Assembly (NCBI RefSeq): GCF_000012805.1
Contig: NC_007484.1
Location: forward strand, 840,001 to 872,000
DNA: 32,000 nt
Direction: 5' to 3'
From: Nitrosococcus oceani ATCC 19707
GTDB lineage: Bacteria; Pseudomonadota; Gammaproteobacteria; Nitrosococcales; Nitrosococcaceae
In this document: piece by piece, positions 10,483-18,082 of the stretch
Layout: each line of letters opens with the position of its first letter
Numbering within the stretch: position 1 is the first letter of the stretch
Notes under the pieces: generated by a model
What the model saw: only the letters and a program-made list of their open reading frames with translations
Told to the model about the DNA's origin: nothing
Database searches by the model: none
Position numbers and translations under genes: made by a program

Positions 10483-11565
10483 TTAGCTTTGCATGGGGGT
10501 ATCCATTACTTGATCGATTCGTTGAACAAGGGTCGTGAGCAGGGCCATGCGCATAAAGACCGCGCCCCGAGCCTGGGCAAAGTACCAGTTATGCTCTGTG
10601 TTATCCAAATCGGTGGCGAGTTCTTTTCCCCGGGCTAAAGGATGGAGAATAATTGCCCCTGGTTTGAAGGGAGAGGACCGGCAAAGTCTCAAGTCTTCCC
10701 CAATTTTTTCGAAGCTATCCCCCCGCCAAGCGATGGAATTAATATATACCACGTCCAGGGCGGGAAGTTCAGGATTGAGTTGGCGAGCCGTTCGAAGGGT
10801 AAGGCCGGAAAGGGCTAATTCTTCTCGTTGCTCTTTTGCAAATACTTCTTCTTGCTGGCAGATAACGACTACCTCTTTTATTGCCGGTGCAAATAGGGCT
10901 AGGAACAACAGTAGACTGCGCACCGTGCGCATGTAGCGGGGCGCGCCCACAACGCCTATTCGTATTTGGGCCGAGGCAGAAACCTTAGACGCCATAAGCT
11001 GCGGTCGCCATTTGAACAGCGTATACAGGTCGGCTAAGGCTTGAGTGGGATGCTCATCGATACCGTTACCGGCATTGATGATAGGAATGCGCAAGGACTC
11101 CAGCATCTGGTAGACGGCCTCTTCGCTGCTATCCCGCAATACGACCAAGTCTCCGTAATTATTGAACATTTCGGCTACATCGGCCAAGGTTTCGCCCTTA
11201 GCGATGCCGGTGGTAGCCGGATCGGTGATGGGCATCACATCGCCTCCCAGTCGATGCCAGGCACTTTCGAATGACAGGCGGGTCCGGGTGCTAGGCTCAT
11301 AGAAGGCATTGATGAGGATTTTCCCGGCTAGGGGGAGCTGTAACCAGGTAGGGGTGGTTTCATAAAGGGCAGCCAAGCGGCTCAGTTGAATGATCTTATC
11401 CCGGTCGAATTGCCGGGCGCTAAGCACGGGGCGGTTAGCCAACCCCACTAACGGAGCGGGATCTTCCAGCACTTGCTCCATTAAAGCCAAGGGCCGTTCA
11501 ATCCCCGCTGTATCATCCTTCGGTTGTAAGGGTTTTCTTAATAAGGGATCAAATTTTTTCACCAT
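10483..11565 (-). CDS. aspartate/ornithine carbamoyltransferase-fold protein, divergent PyrB-like paralog
   Basis: Present: STRTR carbamoyl-phosphate motif (YEPSTRTRLSFE), KGETLADV, HPTQ (DEHPTQALADL) and HPLARG. The canonical PyrB aspartate-site TRVQKER segment is replaced by NSIAWRGD. The track start is a TTG at 11583. I prefer the ATG at 11565 because it overlaps the stop of the upstream micro-ORF (ATGGTGA). Confidence 0.8.
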   Translation of the reverse strand: MVKKFDPLLRKPLQPKDDTAGIERPLALMEQVLEDPAPLVGLANRPVLSARQFDRDKIIQLSRLAALYETTPTWLQLPLAGKILINAFYEPSTRTRLSFESAWHRLGGDVMPITDPATTGIAKGETLADVAEMFNNYGDLVVLRDSSEEAVYQMLESLRIPIINAGNGIDEHPTQALADLYTLFKWRPQLMASKVSASAQIRIGVVGAPRYMRTVRSLLLFLALFAPAIKEVVVICQQEEVFAKEQREELALSGLTLRTARQLNPELPALDVVYINSIAWRGDSFEKIGEDLRLCRSSPFKPGAIILHPLARGKELATDLDNTEHNWYFAQARGAVFMRMALLTTLVQRIDQVMDTPMQS

Positions 11566-11681
11566 AACCGTCCCTTCAGCCAATCACGAAGTAGTAATAG
11601 CAGTAAAATAAAAGGCGCGGTGGTAGTAATGATCAAGGCCACCGTCACTAATCGGGTCAACCATTCAGCCGATATCAGCAT
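11559..11681 (-). CDS. 40-aa single-pass membrane micro-protein (below the ORF-track length cutoff)
   Basis: Hand translation gives MLISAEWLTRLVTVALIITTTAPFILLLLLLRDWLKGRLW*. Its ATG overlaps the symporter stop (ATGCTGA, 11675-11681). Its TGA overlaps the carbamoyltransferase ATG (ATGGTGA, 11559-11565). It has one strongly hydrophobic helix followed by a basic tail. Confidence 0.5.
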   Translation of the reverse strand: MLISAEWLTRLVTVALIITTTAPFILLLLLLRDWLKGRLW

Positions 11682-13123
11682 GGACTTTCCCCTTGTGGAT
11701 GAGATTCATGTAGCTTATCCCAGTTAAAATCCCTGGGCCAAAGCCAGGTGCTAAGCAGCACAATGACCATCGATACGAAGGCACCTATGAGGGCGGCGAC
11801 ATAGAAACCAATCGCAAAATAACCTATGAGACCGGCCATACTGCCTAGACCCATGGCTACCACAGCACCAGTGGGGTTGGTGCGGCGCCAATAAAGTCCC
11901 GCTGCGATGGGCCAGATGGTGCTGGCCACGAAAGCGCCGGTGAAATAGAGTAATTCGGCCAGCGTCGCTAAACGGGGGATGCACAGGAGCCAGGTTAAGA
12001 TCCCAAGACCAATAATCGCGATCACCGTTGCTTTACGAAGTTGCCAAGCCGTGGCATGGGGCCGCCAGTGGCGCCGATAGAGATCTTCCACCACCAGGAT
12101 ACTGGTTGCCGCCAATAAAGAGTCCAGGCTTGATGAGAGGGCTGAGAACACCATAACCAGCACCAGGACCGCGCCAGTAACCCCTAGCAATTCTCCGGCA
12201 ACCATGGGGCCTACCATATCGGCCGCCGGGATATTGAGATCCAGCGCGGGAACCGCCAGGGCAATAAAACCAGCAACGACAGGAATTGGCATCCATAGGA
12301 TACCGGCGGTGAAATAGGCCTTAAATCCTATGCCTTCCCGAAAGGAAAACGCTCGGCTCCACCAAACATTGGAATGGAATACTTCCCCCACTCCAAACAA
12401 CAAGTTGTTGAAAAGAAACATTAAAGCGGCAGGCATGAGGAGGTTAAGCAATTGGGGCCGCTCCTCGGCGACTGAGGCATGGATACGGTCAAAACCGACC
12501 TTATCGATGGCGAGCCAGGCAATAACCACCAGCCCGGATAGAATCAGGAGTGATTGGATAAAGTCGGTACCGATAACGGCGCGGAATCCTCCTAGCAAGG
12601 TATAACCGACACAGATAGTTAGAATAACCGTCATCCCATAATGGTAGGGGATTCCCGTCAGGGCATTGATAAGAATTCCGCCCGCCATTCCCATACTAAC
12701 CAGCCAGCCCAGACCATAGCACAGGGAGATAGCAAGAAAAATCCGCCAGGCCACCTTCCCGTAGCGCAAGCGGATAAAATCGCCACTGGTGTAGCCATTG
12801 GGCATAAGTTTGCGGATCCGCTGGGCAAGGGGAGCGAACATGAGTAGTCCCACCGCCCCTAGAGAGTAACCCAACATGCCCCAGATGCCCATTTGAAAAG
12901 CTAGTTGGGGAGCGGCCATGGTGGTATTGCTAGTGACCCAGGTGGCCATGGCGGTGGCGGTGCCTAGAGCAAGTCCTACCCGGCGCCCGGCAAGCACATA
13001 TTCATCCAGAGCTTTGGCATTGCGCCCCCAAAACCAGCCGAGCCAAATCCAAACCATGCTGAGAATGGCTAGGGTAATCCAACCCAGGCGCGGGTCCAGG
13101 ATAGCGCTATGAACTGAGTTCAC
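11675..13123 (-). CDS. sodium:solute symporter (SSS/SSF) family transporter
   Basis: 482 aa and polytopic (about 12-13 hydrophobic helices), with a PutP/PanF-like layout. The GTG start overlaps the upstream stop (GTGA at 13120-13123). Confidence 0.85.
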   Translation of the reverse strand: MNSVHSAILDPRLGWITLAILSMVWIWLGWFWGRNAKALDEYVLAGRRVGLALGTATAMATWVTSNTTMAAPQLAFQMGIWGMLGYSLGAVGLLMFAPLAQRIRKLMPNGYTSGDFIRLRYGKVAWRIFLAISLCYGLGWLVSMGMAGGILINALTGIPYHYGMTVILTICVGYTLLGGFRAVIGTDFIQSLLILSGLVVIAWLAIDKVGFDRIHASVAEERPQLLNLLMPAALMFLFNNLLFGVGEVFHSNVWWSRAFSFREGIGFKAYFTAGILWMPIPVVAGFIALAVPALDLNIPAADMVGPMVAGELLGVTGAVLVLVMVFSALSSSLDSLLAATSILVVEDLYRRHWRPHATAWQLRKATVIAIIGLGILTWLLCIPRLATLAELLYFTGAFVASTIWPIAAGLYWRRTNPTGAVVAMGLGSMAGLIGYFAIGFYVAALIGAFVSMVIVLLSTWLWPRDFNWDKLHESHPQGESPC

Positions 13124-13851
13124 GCGGCCACTACCTGATTGATTTCCGCAATGGCCTCGTCAGTAGACAAGACTCGGGCATAGCGATCTTTCAGGGCACG
13201 CAGGGTCGCCTTTTGCAGCTCTGGAGTGACGGTCGTGCAAGCATCCTCGATCAGGGTGGTGAAAAAACCTAAATCGCAGGCGTCGCGAATAGCCGTGGAG
13301 ACGCATTCATTGGTATAGACTCCCGCCACAAACAGGCCCGTAATTCCCAGATTGTGCAAGATGTAGGACAAATTAGTGGCATTAAAAACGCCACTGGCGG
13401 TTTTGTTGATGATGATCTCATCTCCCCGGGGGGCGATTGCTGGCAGAAATTCAGCCTCCTTGGAACCAGCGGGGGCATGGAGCCCCAAGCGTTTGTGTTG
13501 CGGGCCGCGATCACGGCCATCTTTGGTCAAGGACTGAATACGGGTATGGATCACTTCCAGGTTATTGGCCCGAAAGGCGGTTTGCAGACGCTGCACGTTG
13601 GGTAGGACGATCCGCTCGAGCTGATCGAAATAATAAAATTCGGGGGTGTCTTTAGAAACCTTCCCCTTGGATAAATGGGAGAAAACCCCATAGCCAGGCG
13701 CGGCATCCAGGTATTGTAAGTCTACCACCAGCAGTGCAGTGTGGCGCTTTTCCAGGGATTCCACCACGGCGGGAATTTCGGTAACGGTTTCCCGGTAGCT
13801 GGCCCGCAGTGGATCAAAACTTTCCTTTAAGGGTGCGTTGGAATGGGTCAT
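13120..13851 (-). CDS. isochorismatase-family cysteine hydrolase (amidase/ureidase type)
   Basis: 243 aa. Asp-Lys-Cys triad context: ALLVVDLQ, IINKTASGVF, GVYTNECVSTAIRDA. Confidence 0.85.
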   Translation of the reverse strand: MTHSNAPLKESFDPLRASYRETVTEIPAVVESLEKRHTALLVVDLQYLDAAPGYGVFSHLSKGKVSKDTPEFYYFDQLERIVLPNVQRLQTAFRANNLEVIHTRIQSLTKDGRDRGPQHKRLGLHAPAGSKEAEFLPAIAPRGDEIIINKTASGVFNATNLSYILHNLGITGLFVAGVYTNECVSTAIRDACDLGFFTTLIEDACTTVTPELQKATLRALKDRYARVLSTDEAIAEINQVVAA

Positions 13852-13869
13852 GATGATCCTAATTGAAGG

Positions 13870-15108
13870 TTAATGGGCTAATTGATAGAGCGTATTCAAG
13901 GCCACGTTTGCGCCCGTTTCAATGTCTTCCCAGGGAGTCCATTCCGCTGGAGAATGGCTGCGCCCTCCTTGGCTAGGAACGAAAATCATGCCTGCCCGGG
14001 TCAGGGTTGCCATGATTTGGGTGTCATGGGCGGCTCCGCTTGGCATTTGCAAAGGCTCTACCCCGAGGCTCCGGGCCGCATTAAAGATGGTCTCCATGAT
14101 GCCAGGATCGCACTTAACCGGTTCAATTTCGCTCAACACTTCAAATTCGAACATGAGCCCGCGGCGGCGGGCGATTGCCGAGAGGGCGAGGCGGAAGGCG
14201 TGGGTCAAATCCTTGAGAATGATTGCCTCGGTATCCCGCACATCCAGAGAAAACTTGACGCTTCCTGGGATTACATTTGCAGCGCCAGGAAAAACCTCTA
14301 CCCGGCCGATAGTGGCCACGCTGCGGGGACCGCCATTTTCTTCCAGAACTCGGGTAATTTCTCCTGCGAATTCGGCCAGACCTTGCAAGGCATCCTGGCG
14401 CATATCCATAGGTGTGGTGCCGGCATGGTTGGCGGTGCCCTTAAGGGTGACTTCCCATTTGAACAGGCCCACGATTCCTTCGACGACTCCCACGCTAACG
14501 CCTTGCCGCTCAAGGATGGGACCTTGTTCAATGTGGAGTTCCAAAAAGGCGATGAGACTTTCTGGTTTGCGCCTTGCTCGCAGGATGTCCGCGGGATTTA
14601 GTCCCTGGGCGGTCATGGCCTGGGAGAGGCTGATTCCGTCCAAGTCGCGGGCATTATGGATGGCTTCCGGGGTGAGGCGGCCGCTGATAGCCTGGGATCC
14701 CAACAGGCCGCCAAAGCGTCCTTCCTCATCGGTAAAGGCAATCGCCTCTACTGCATAGCGTAAAGAGAGGTCGAGTTCTTTGAAGCGGCGCAAACATTCA
14801 AGCCCGACTAATACGCCCAGGGCTCCATCCAGGTGGCCAGCACCAGGGACGGTATCGAGATGGGAGCCGGTCATGACGCTGGGGCGTTCTCCGTTCCAGT
14901 TGAAGCGGGCATGAATGTTGGCGGCGCCGTCTATATAAAGATCCAGCCCTGCCTCATGAATGCGCTCTTGGAACCATTCACGGGCTGCCTGATCGCCTTT
15001 GCTAAAGGCCATGCGATAAAGACCGTAATCGGCCCGCCGGCCGATATGGGCCAGGGTTTCCACATCCGCTTGCAGCCGCTTAAAATTTACCCTAAGAGGC
15101 GTCTTCAT
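13870..15108 (-). CDS. M20-family Zn amidase of the hydantoinase/carbamoylase group (N-carbamoyl-amino-acid or allantoate amidohydrolase-like)
   Basis: 412 aa. Motifs GSHLDTVPGAGHLDGALGV, ELHIEQGPILE and GTANHAGTTPM are typical of AmaB/AllC/HyuC-type enzymes. Confidence 0.88.
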   Translation of the reverse strand: MKTPLRVNFKRLQADVETLAHIGRRADYGLYRMAFSKGDQAAREWFQERIHEAGLDLYIDGAANIHARFNWNGERPSVMTGSHLDTVPGAGHLDGALGVLVGLECLRRFKELDLSLRYAVEAIAFTDEEGRFGGLLGSQAISGRLTPEAIHNARDLDGISLSQAMTAQGLNPADILRARRKPESLIAFLELHIEQGPILERQGVSVGVVEGIVGLFKWEVTLKGTANHAGTTPMDMRQDALQGLAEFAGEITRVLEENGGPRSVATIGRVEVFPGAANVIPGSVKFSLDVRDTEAIILKDLTHAFRLALSAIARRRGLMFEFEVLSEIEPVKCDPGIMETIFNAARSLGVEPLQMPSGAAHDTQIMATLTRAGMIFVPSQGGRSHSPAEWTPWEDIETGANVALNTLYQLAH

Positions 15109-15111
15109 AAT

Positions 15112-15726
15112 TTAGGAGTCCTCTTTTTGGCTTCGCCAGGCCCCGGAAATTATAAGGGCGAGGGTGGCAAAGAGCACCGTGGCGCCCGCGCTGAAGAAAG
15201 CAAAAGCGCGGGCAAGAGAGTGGTGCTGCACGGTCACGACTAGGGGAGAACTCCAAGAGCTTGTTGACTGTCCCTGCTTTAAGGTGCGGACCCGGTAGAA
15301 GTAGTGACCGTTGTTTTGCCCGCTAATCAGCGTTCCTTGGTCCGGCCCCCGGTAAATTGTTGTAGGTTGAGTAAATTCCATGTCATTGGCCTCCTGAAGT
15401 TCGTAGGCTAATGCCGATAAATCGCTTCCCTGCCATTTTAGATGGTAGAATCCTGCGCTTGCTGTAGGGCTATCGGAGACGAGCTCTGGGATGAAAGGAG
15501 GTGGTTTGCCCGCCCAGATGGGTAAGGTTATCAAGAAAAAAGCCATAAGCGCTAAGCTAAGCCTTGCTGTAACGTTGGTTGGAATCCTCATACTAATTAT
15601 TACCGTTCTGGCCCTATTAAATTTTGCCATGCCAGAGGATGCAGCGATAGGTTCAAGGGCTTTCTCGTAATCATCATCTGCGGCGAGTGGCTGTTTTATT
15701 ATAGAGGGCGAGGCGCTAAGTTTCAT
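15112..15726 (-). CDS. FN3-like domain membrane protein (signal peptide or anchor plus C-terminal TM helix)
   Basis: The core FYHLKWQG...YELQEA...IYRGPDQGTLISGQNNGHYFYRVRTL...SSWSSPLVVTV fits a fibronectin type III strand pattern. There is a C-terminal helix FAFFSAGATVLFATLALIISGAW followed by RSQKEDS. The likely true start is Met46 (ATG at 15591, MRIPTNVTARLSLALMAFFLITLPIWA) or Met33 (15630). The stop lies 3 nt before the amidase ATG. Confidence 0.6.
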   Translation of the reverse strand: MKLSASPSIIKQPLAADDDYEKALEPIAASSGMAKFNRARTVIISMRIPTNVTARLSLALMAFFLITLPIWAGKPPPFIPELVSDSPTASAGFYHLKWQGSDLSALAYELQEANDMEFTQPTTIYRGPDQGTLISGQNNGHYFYRVRTLKQGQSTSSWSSPLVVTVQHHSLARAFAFFSAGATVLFATLALIISGAWRSQKEDS

Positions 15727-15839
15727 AAATGGAGGGTCAAACCGCTACTGTTTAACTATCGATCCGTTGGCCTTTTGAGAGAGCTAGGAAAGGCGCCCGG
15801 ATCTCTTGGAATTTTAGAATTGTCCTCTTAGGGCAGCAA

Positions 15840-17327
15840 TTGATCAAATCAATGCGGGCTAAAACATACCGACCGGGACGCTTCTATTGGGTACGCCCAA
15901 ACTCTTTTATTACTTTGATTTTGGGTGGATTTTTGCTTGTAGCGGTACCCTTATCCGCTGGCCTTATTTTTGCGGCCGTTCAAATGGAATATTTAGCGCG
16001 CCAAAGCGCGGTAGCTGTTTATAAAAGCGTCCAGGTGACTCAAGGAAGCAGGATCTTGGTACAGCAGCTTATTGCTATGGAACGGGCTGCAAGACAGTTC
16101 CAGGTGCTAGATGATCCCGCGCTGTATCAGGCTTATATGGCTAATCGGCGTAAATTCAGGGATATACTAGAGCAAATGTTAGAATTACCGCTTAGCGAGG
16201 CGCAGCGGCAGGGGTTTGACTCCCTAGCGCGGGAGGAAAGTGCTATTTACGATGTCTTGAGTGTTTATACATTAAACTCTGAGGCTGGCAAACAAGCGGC
16301 TGATCAGTTTTTGGGGTTGGCGCGGCAGGCCCGGGCTTTGCTAGCGGACAGCAACCAATTGGTAGGCGAGGAGGTAGATGCTTTACAAGAGACGGCGCGA
16401 GAGGCTCAGAAATCGCTTTTTTGGCAGGCTCTAGGTCTTATCCCCGCGGCAGGGTTGTTGGCTGTTTTATTTACGTTCTTGATTAGGGGGTATTTTCGCC
16501 AACTTGATAAATCTATCAGGCGCCTTGGTAATGGGGATTTCGATACGCCTATTGAGGTAACTGGTCCACGGGATCTGGAAGTGCTAGGACAACAGCTGGA
16601 TTGGCTACGCTGCCGTTTGGTCGAGCTAGAAGAAACCAAGGTAAAATTTCTCCGGCATGTTTCTCATGAACTTAAAACACCACTGGCAGCCCTGCGTGAA
16701 GGATCGGAATTGCTCTGCGATCAAGTCATTGGTCGTTTGAGCGCGCAGCAGCTGGAAGTAGCCCGGATTTTGCGCAGTAATAGCCTGCGTTTACAGAAAT
16801 TAATTGAAGATATGCTCCGGTTTAATTTGGCTGGTACTAATCAAATCGAGCGTGTCCCCGAAGTAGTGCGGCTGGATCAGTTGATTAAAATTGTATTGAG
16901 TGATCACATCCCGACTAGCCTGTCAAAGCAGGTTAAGTTTCTCGTGGATTTGGATCCGGTAAAAATTTTTGGTGACCAGGAACGTTTGAAAATTATCATT
17001 GATAATCTCATCTCTAACGCTCTTAAATATTCACCACCTGGCAGTTCAGTGGAAATTAAACTAACTCAGGAAGAGGGCCAAGCTTGCCTGGAGGTGCATG
17101 ACTCAGGCTCTGGTGTTGCCCCTGAAGATAGCGCACGGATATTTGATTCCTTTTATCAAGGTAAAGCGCAGCCATCAGGCCCTGTCAAGGGGACTGGCCT
17201 CGGGCTTTCAATTGTGAGGGAAATCGTGTTCGCCCACGGGGGCAATATCGAGCTTGTCAAGGAAAGCCGAAAGGGCGCGCATTTTCGGGTAACCTTGCCC
17301 CTGGCGGTAGAGGAGCGGCGTCCATGA
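15840..17327 (+). CDS. sensor histidine kinase, GlrK/QseE-like topology (2 TM, periplasmic loop, HAMP, HisKA, HATPase)
   Basis: H-box HVSHELKTPLAAL, G1 DSGSGV, G2 GTGLGLSIV. TM helices near residues 22-46 and 195-215. The track start is a TTG at 15840; an ATG at 15852 (MRAKTY...) is equally plausible. Confidence 0.9.
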   Translation: MIKSMRAKTYRPGRFYWVRPNSFITLILGGFLLVAVPLSAGLIFAAVQMEYLARQSAVAVYKSVQVTQGSRILVQQLIAMERAARQFQVLDDPALYQAYMANRRKFRDILEQMLELPLSEAQRQGFDSLAREESAIYDVLSVYTLNSEAGKQAADQFLGLARQARALLADSNQLVGEEVDALQETAREAQKSLFWQALGLIPAAGLLAVLFTFLIRGYFRQLDKSIRRLGNGDFDTPIEVTGPRDLEVLGQQLDWLRCRLVELEETKVKFLRHVSHELKTPLAALREGSELLCDQVIGRLSAQQLEVARILRSNSLRLQKLIEDMLRFNLAGTNQIERVPEVVRLDQLIKIVLSDHIPTSLSKQVKFLVDLDPVKIFGDQERLKIIIDNLISNALKYSPPGSSVEIKLTQEEGQACLEVHDSGSGVAPEDSARIFDSFYQGKAQPSGPVKGTGLGLSIVREIVFAHGGNIELVKESRKGAHFRVTLPLAVEERRP

Positions 17328-18082
17328 GGGCATTGATGGGTTATGGGGCAGTACTAGGGGTAGGCTGGGCTATGCTGGCTCTTTTTTTATTAGGAGGCTG
17401 CACTGGTTTGAAGCCAGGGTCTCCAATTCCGGTTTATGAACTTTCGTCCCCTGCCTATAAGTTGTCTGTTCCATCACCCAATTCCTTAGAGCCTGAACCT
17501 GGAGACTCCGAGCTTTTATTGCAGTACTATCGGGGTTTGCATGCCTTGTCGGAAGCGGAGTTACAGCGGGAATTGGAGCAAGCGTGGCAGACTACTGCCA
17601 AAGAACCCACGGCCTTTGATCGTTTGCAGCTCATTTTGCTTCTCTCCCTGCCCGAAGTACCTTTCCAAGACTTGGAACAAGCCCGGGCTATGCTACGATC
17701 TTTTTTAAAGACTGAGTTGGAGGGTGCCAAAGAATATGAAGGAGCCAAAGGGCTTTATGATTTAGCCCTTTTTCTGCAAGGTTTTCTTATGGAAGAAGCC
17801 CAGCAGAAACGGCGTTACCGCTTGCTTCAAGAGCAACTTGAACAAAAGCAGGAGCAGGTGAAGCGTTTGAGAAGCGGGTTGAAGTATCTTGATGGTCGCC
17901 GTAAGCAAGAGCAAGAGTGGGCTCATAGCCTAGAGCAGCAATTAGAAAATGAACGAGGAAGGGCGGAAACATTAGAGCAAAAGCTTGAAGCCCTCAAAAC
18001 CATAGAAAAGCGGCTCGAGTACCGGAATCAATCCCAGGAGAATTTGCAGCTGCCTGAGCAAAAGAATGAATCAAATGACTGA
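17324..18082 (+). CDS. lipoprotein with Q/E/K/R-rich coiled-coil C-terminus, in the QseG position
   Basis: Lipobox LFLLGGC. C-terminal heptad-like segment QQKRRYRLLQEQLEQKQEQVKRL...LEQQLENERGRAETLEQKLEALK. ATGA overlap with the kinase stop, and 17-nt overlap with the regulator start. Confidence 0.75.
   Translation: MRALMGYGAVLGVGWAMLALFLLGGCTGLKPGSPIPVYELSSPAYKLSVPSPNSLEPEPGDSELLLQYYRGLHALSEAELQRELEQAWQTTAKEPTAFDRLQLILLLSLPEVPFQDLEQARAMLRSFLKTELEGAKEYEGAKGLYDLALFLQGFLMEEAQQKRRYRLLQEQLEQKQEQVKRLRSGLKYLDGRRKQEQEWAHSLEQQLENERGRAETLEQKLEALKTIEKRLEYRNQSQENLQLPEQKNESND

Noticed and set aside
13882-14758. Two long plus-strand ORFs (239 and 278 aa) antisense to the M20 amidase gene. Similar antisense ORFs lie opposite rfbB (5260-5913), the AsnB-like gene, and the protease (22057-22476).
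   Set aside because: The minus-strand (or, for rfbB, the plus-strand) products carry unmistakable family motifs. The antisense translations are Arg/Pro/Gly/Ser-rich and low in complexity, as expected for stop-poor mirror frames of biased coding sequence.
15806-15824. A sigma-54-like TTGGAA-N-TTGT match in the 113-bp spacer upstream of the sensor kinase.
   Set aside because: The GG-to-TG spacing is off by one, and the -12 GC dinucleotide is missing (GT instead). I found no better match on the minus strand for the divergent operon.
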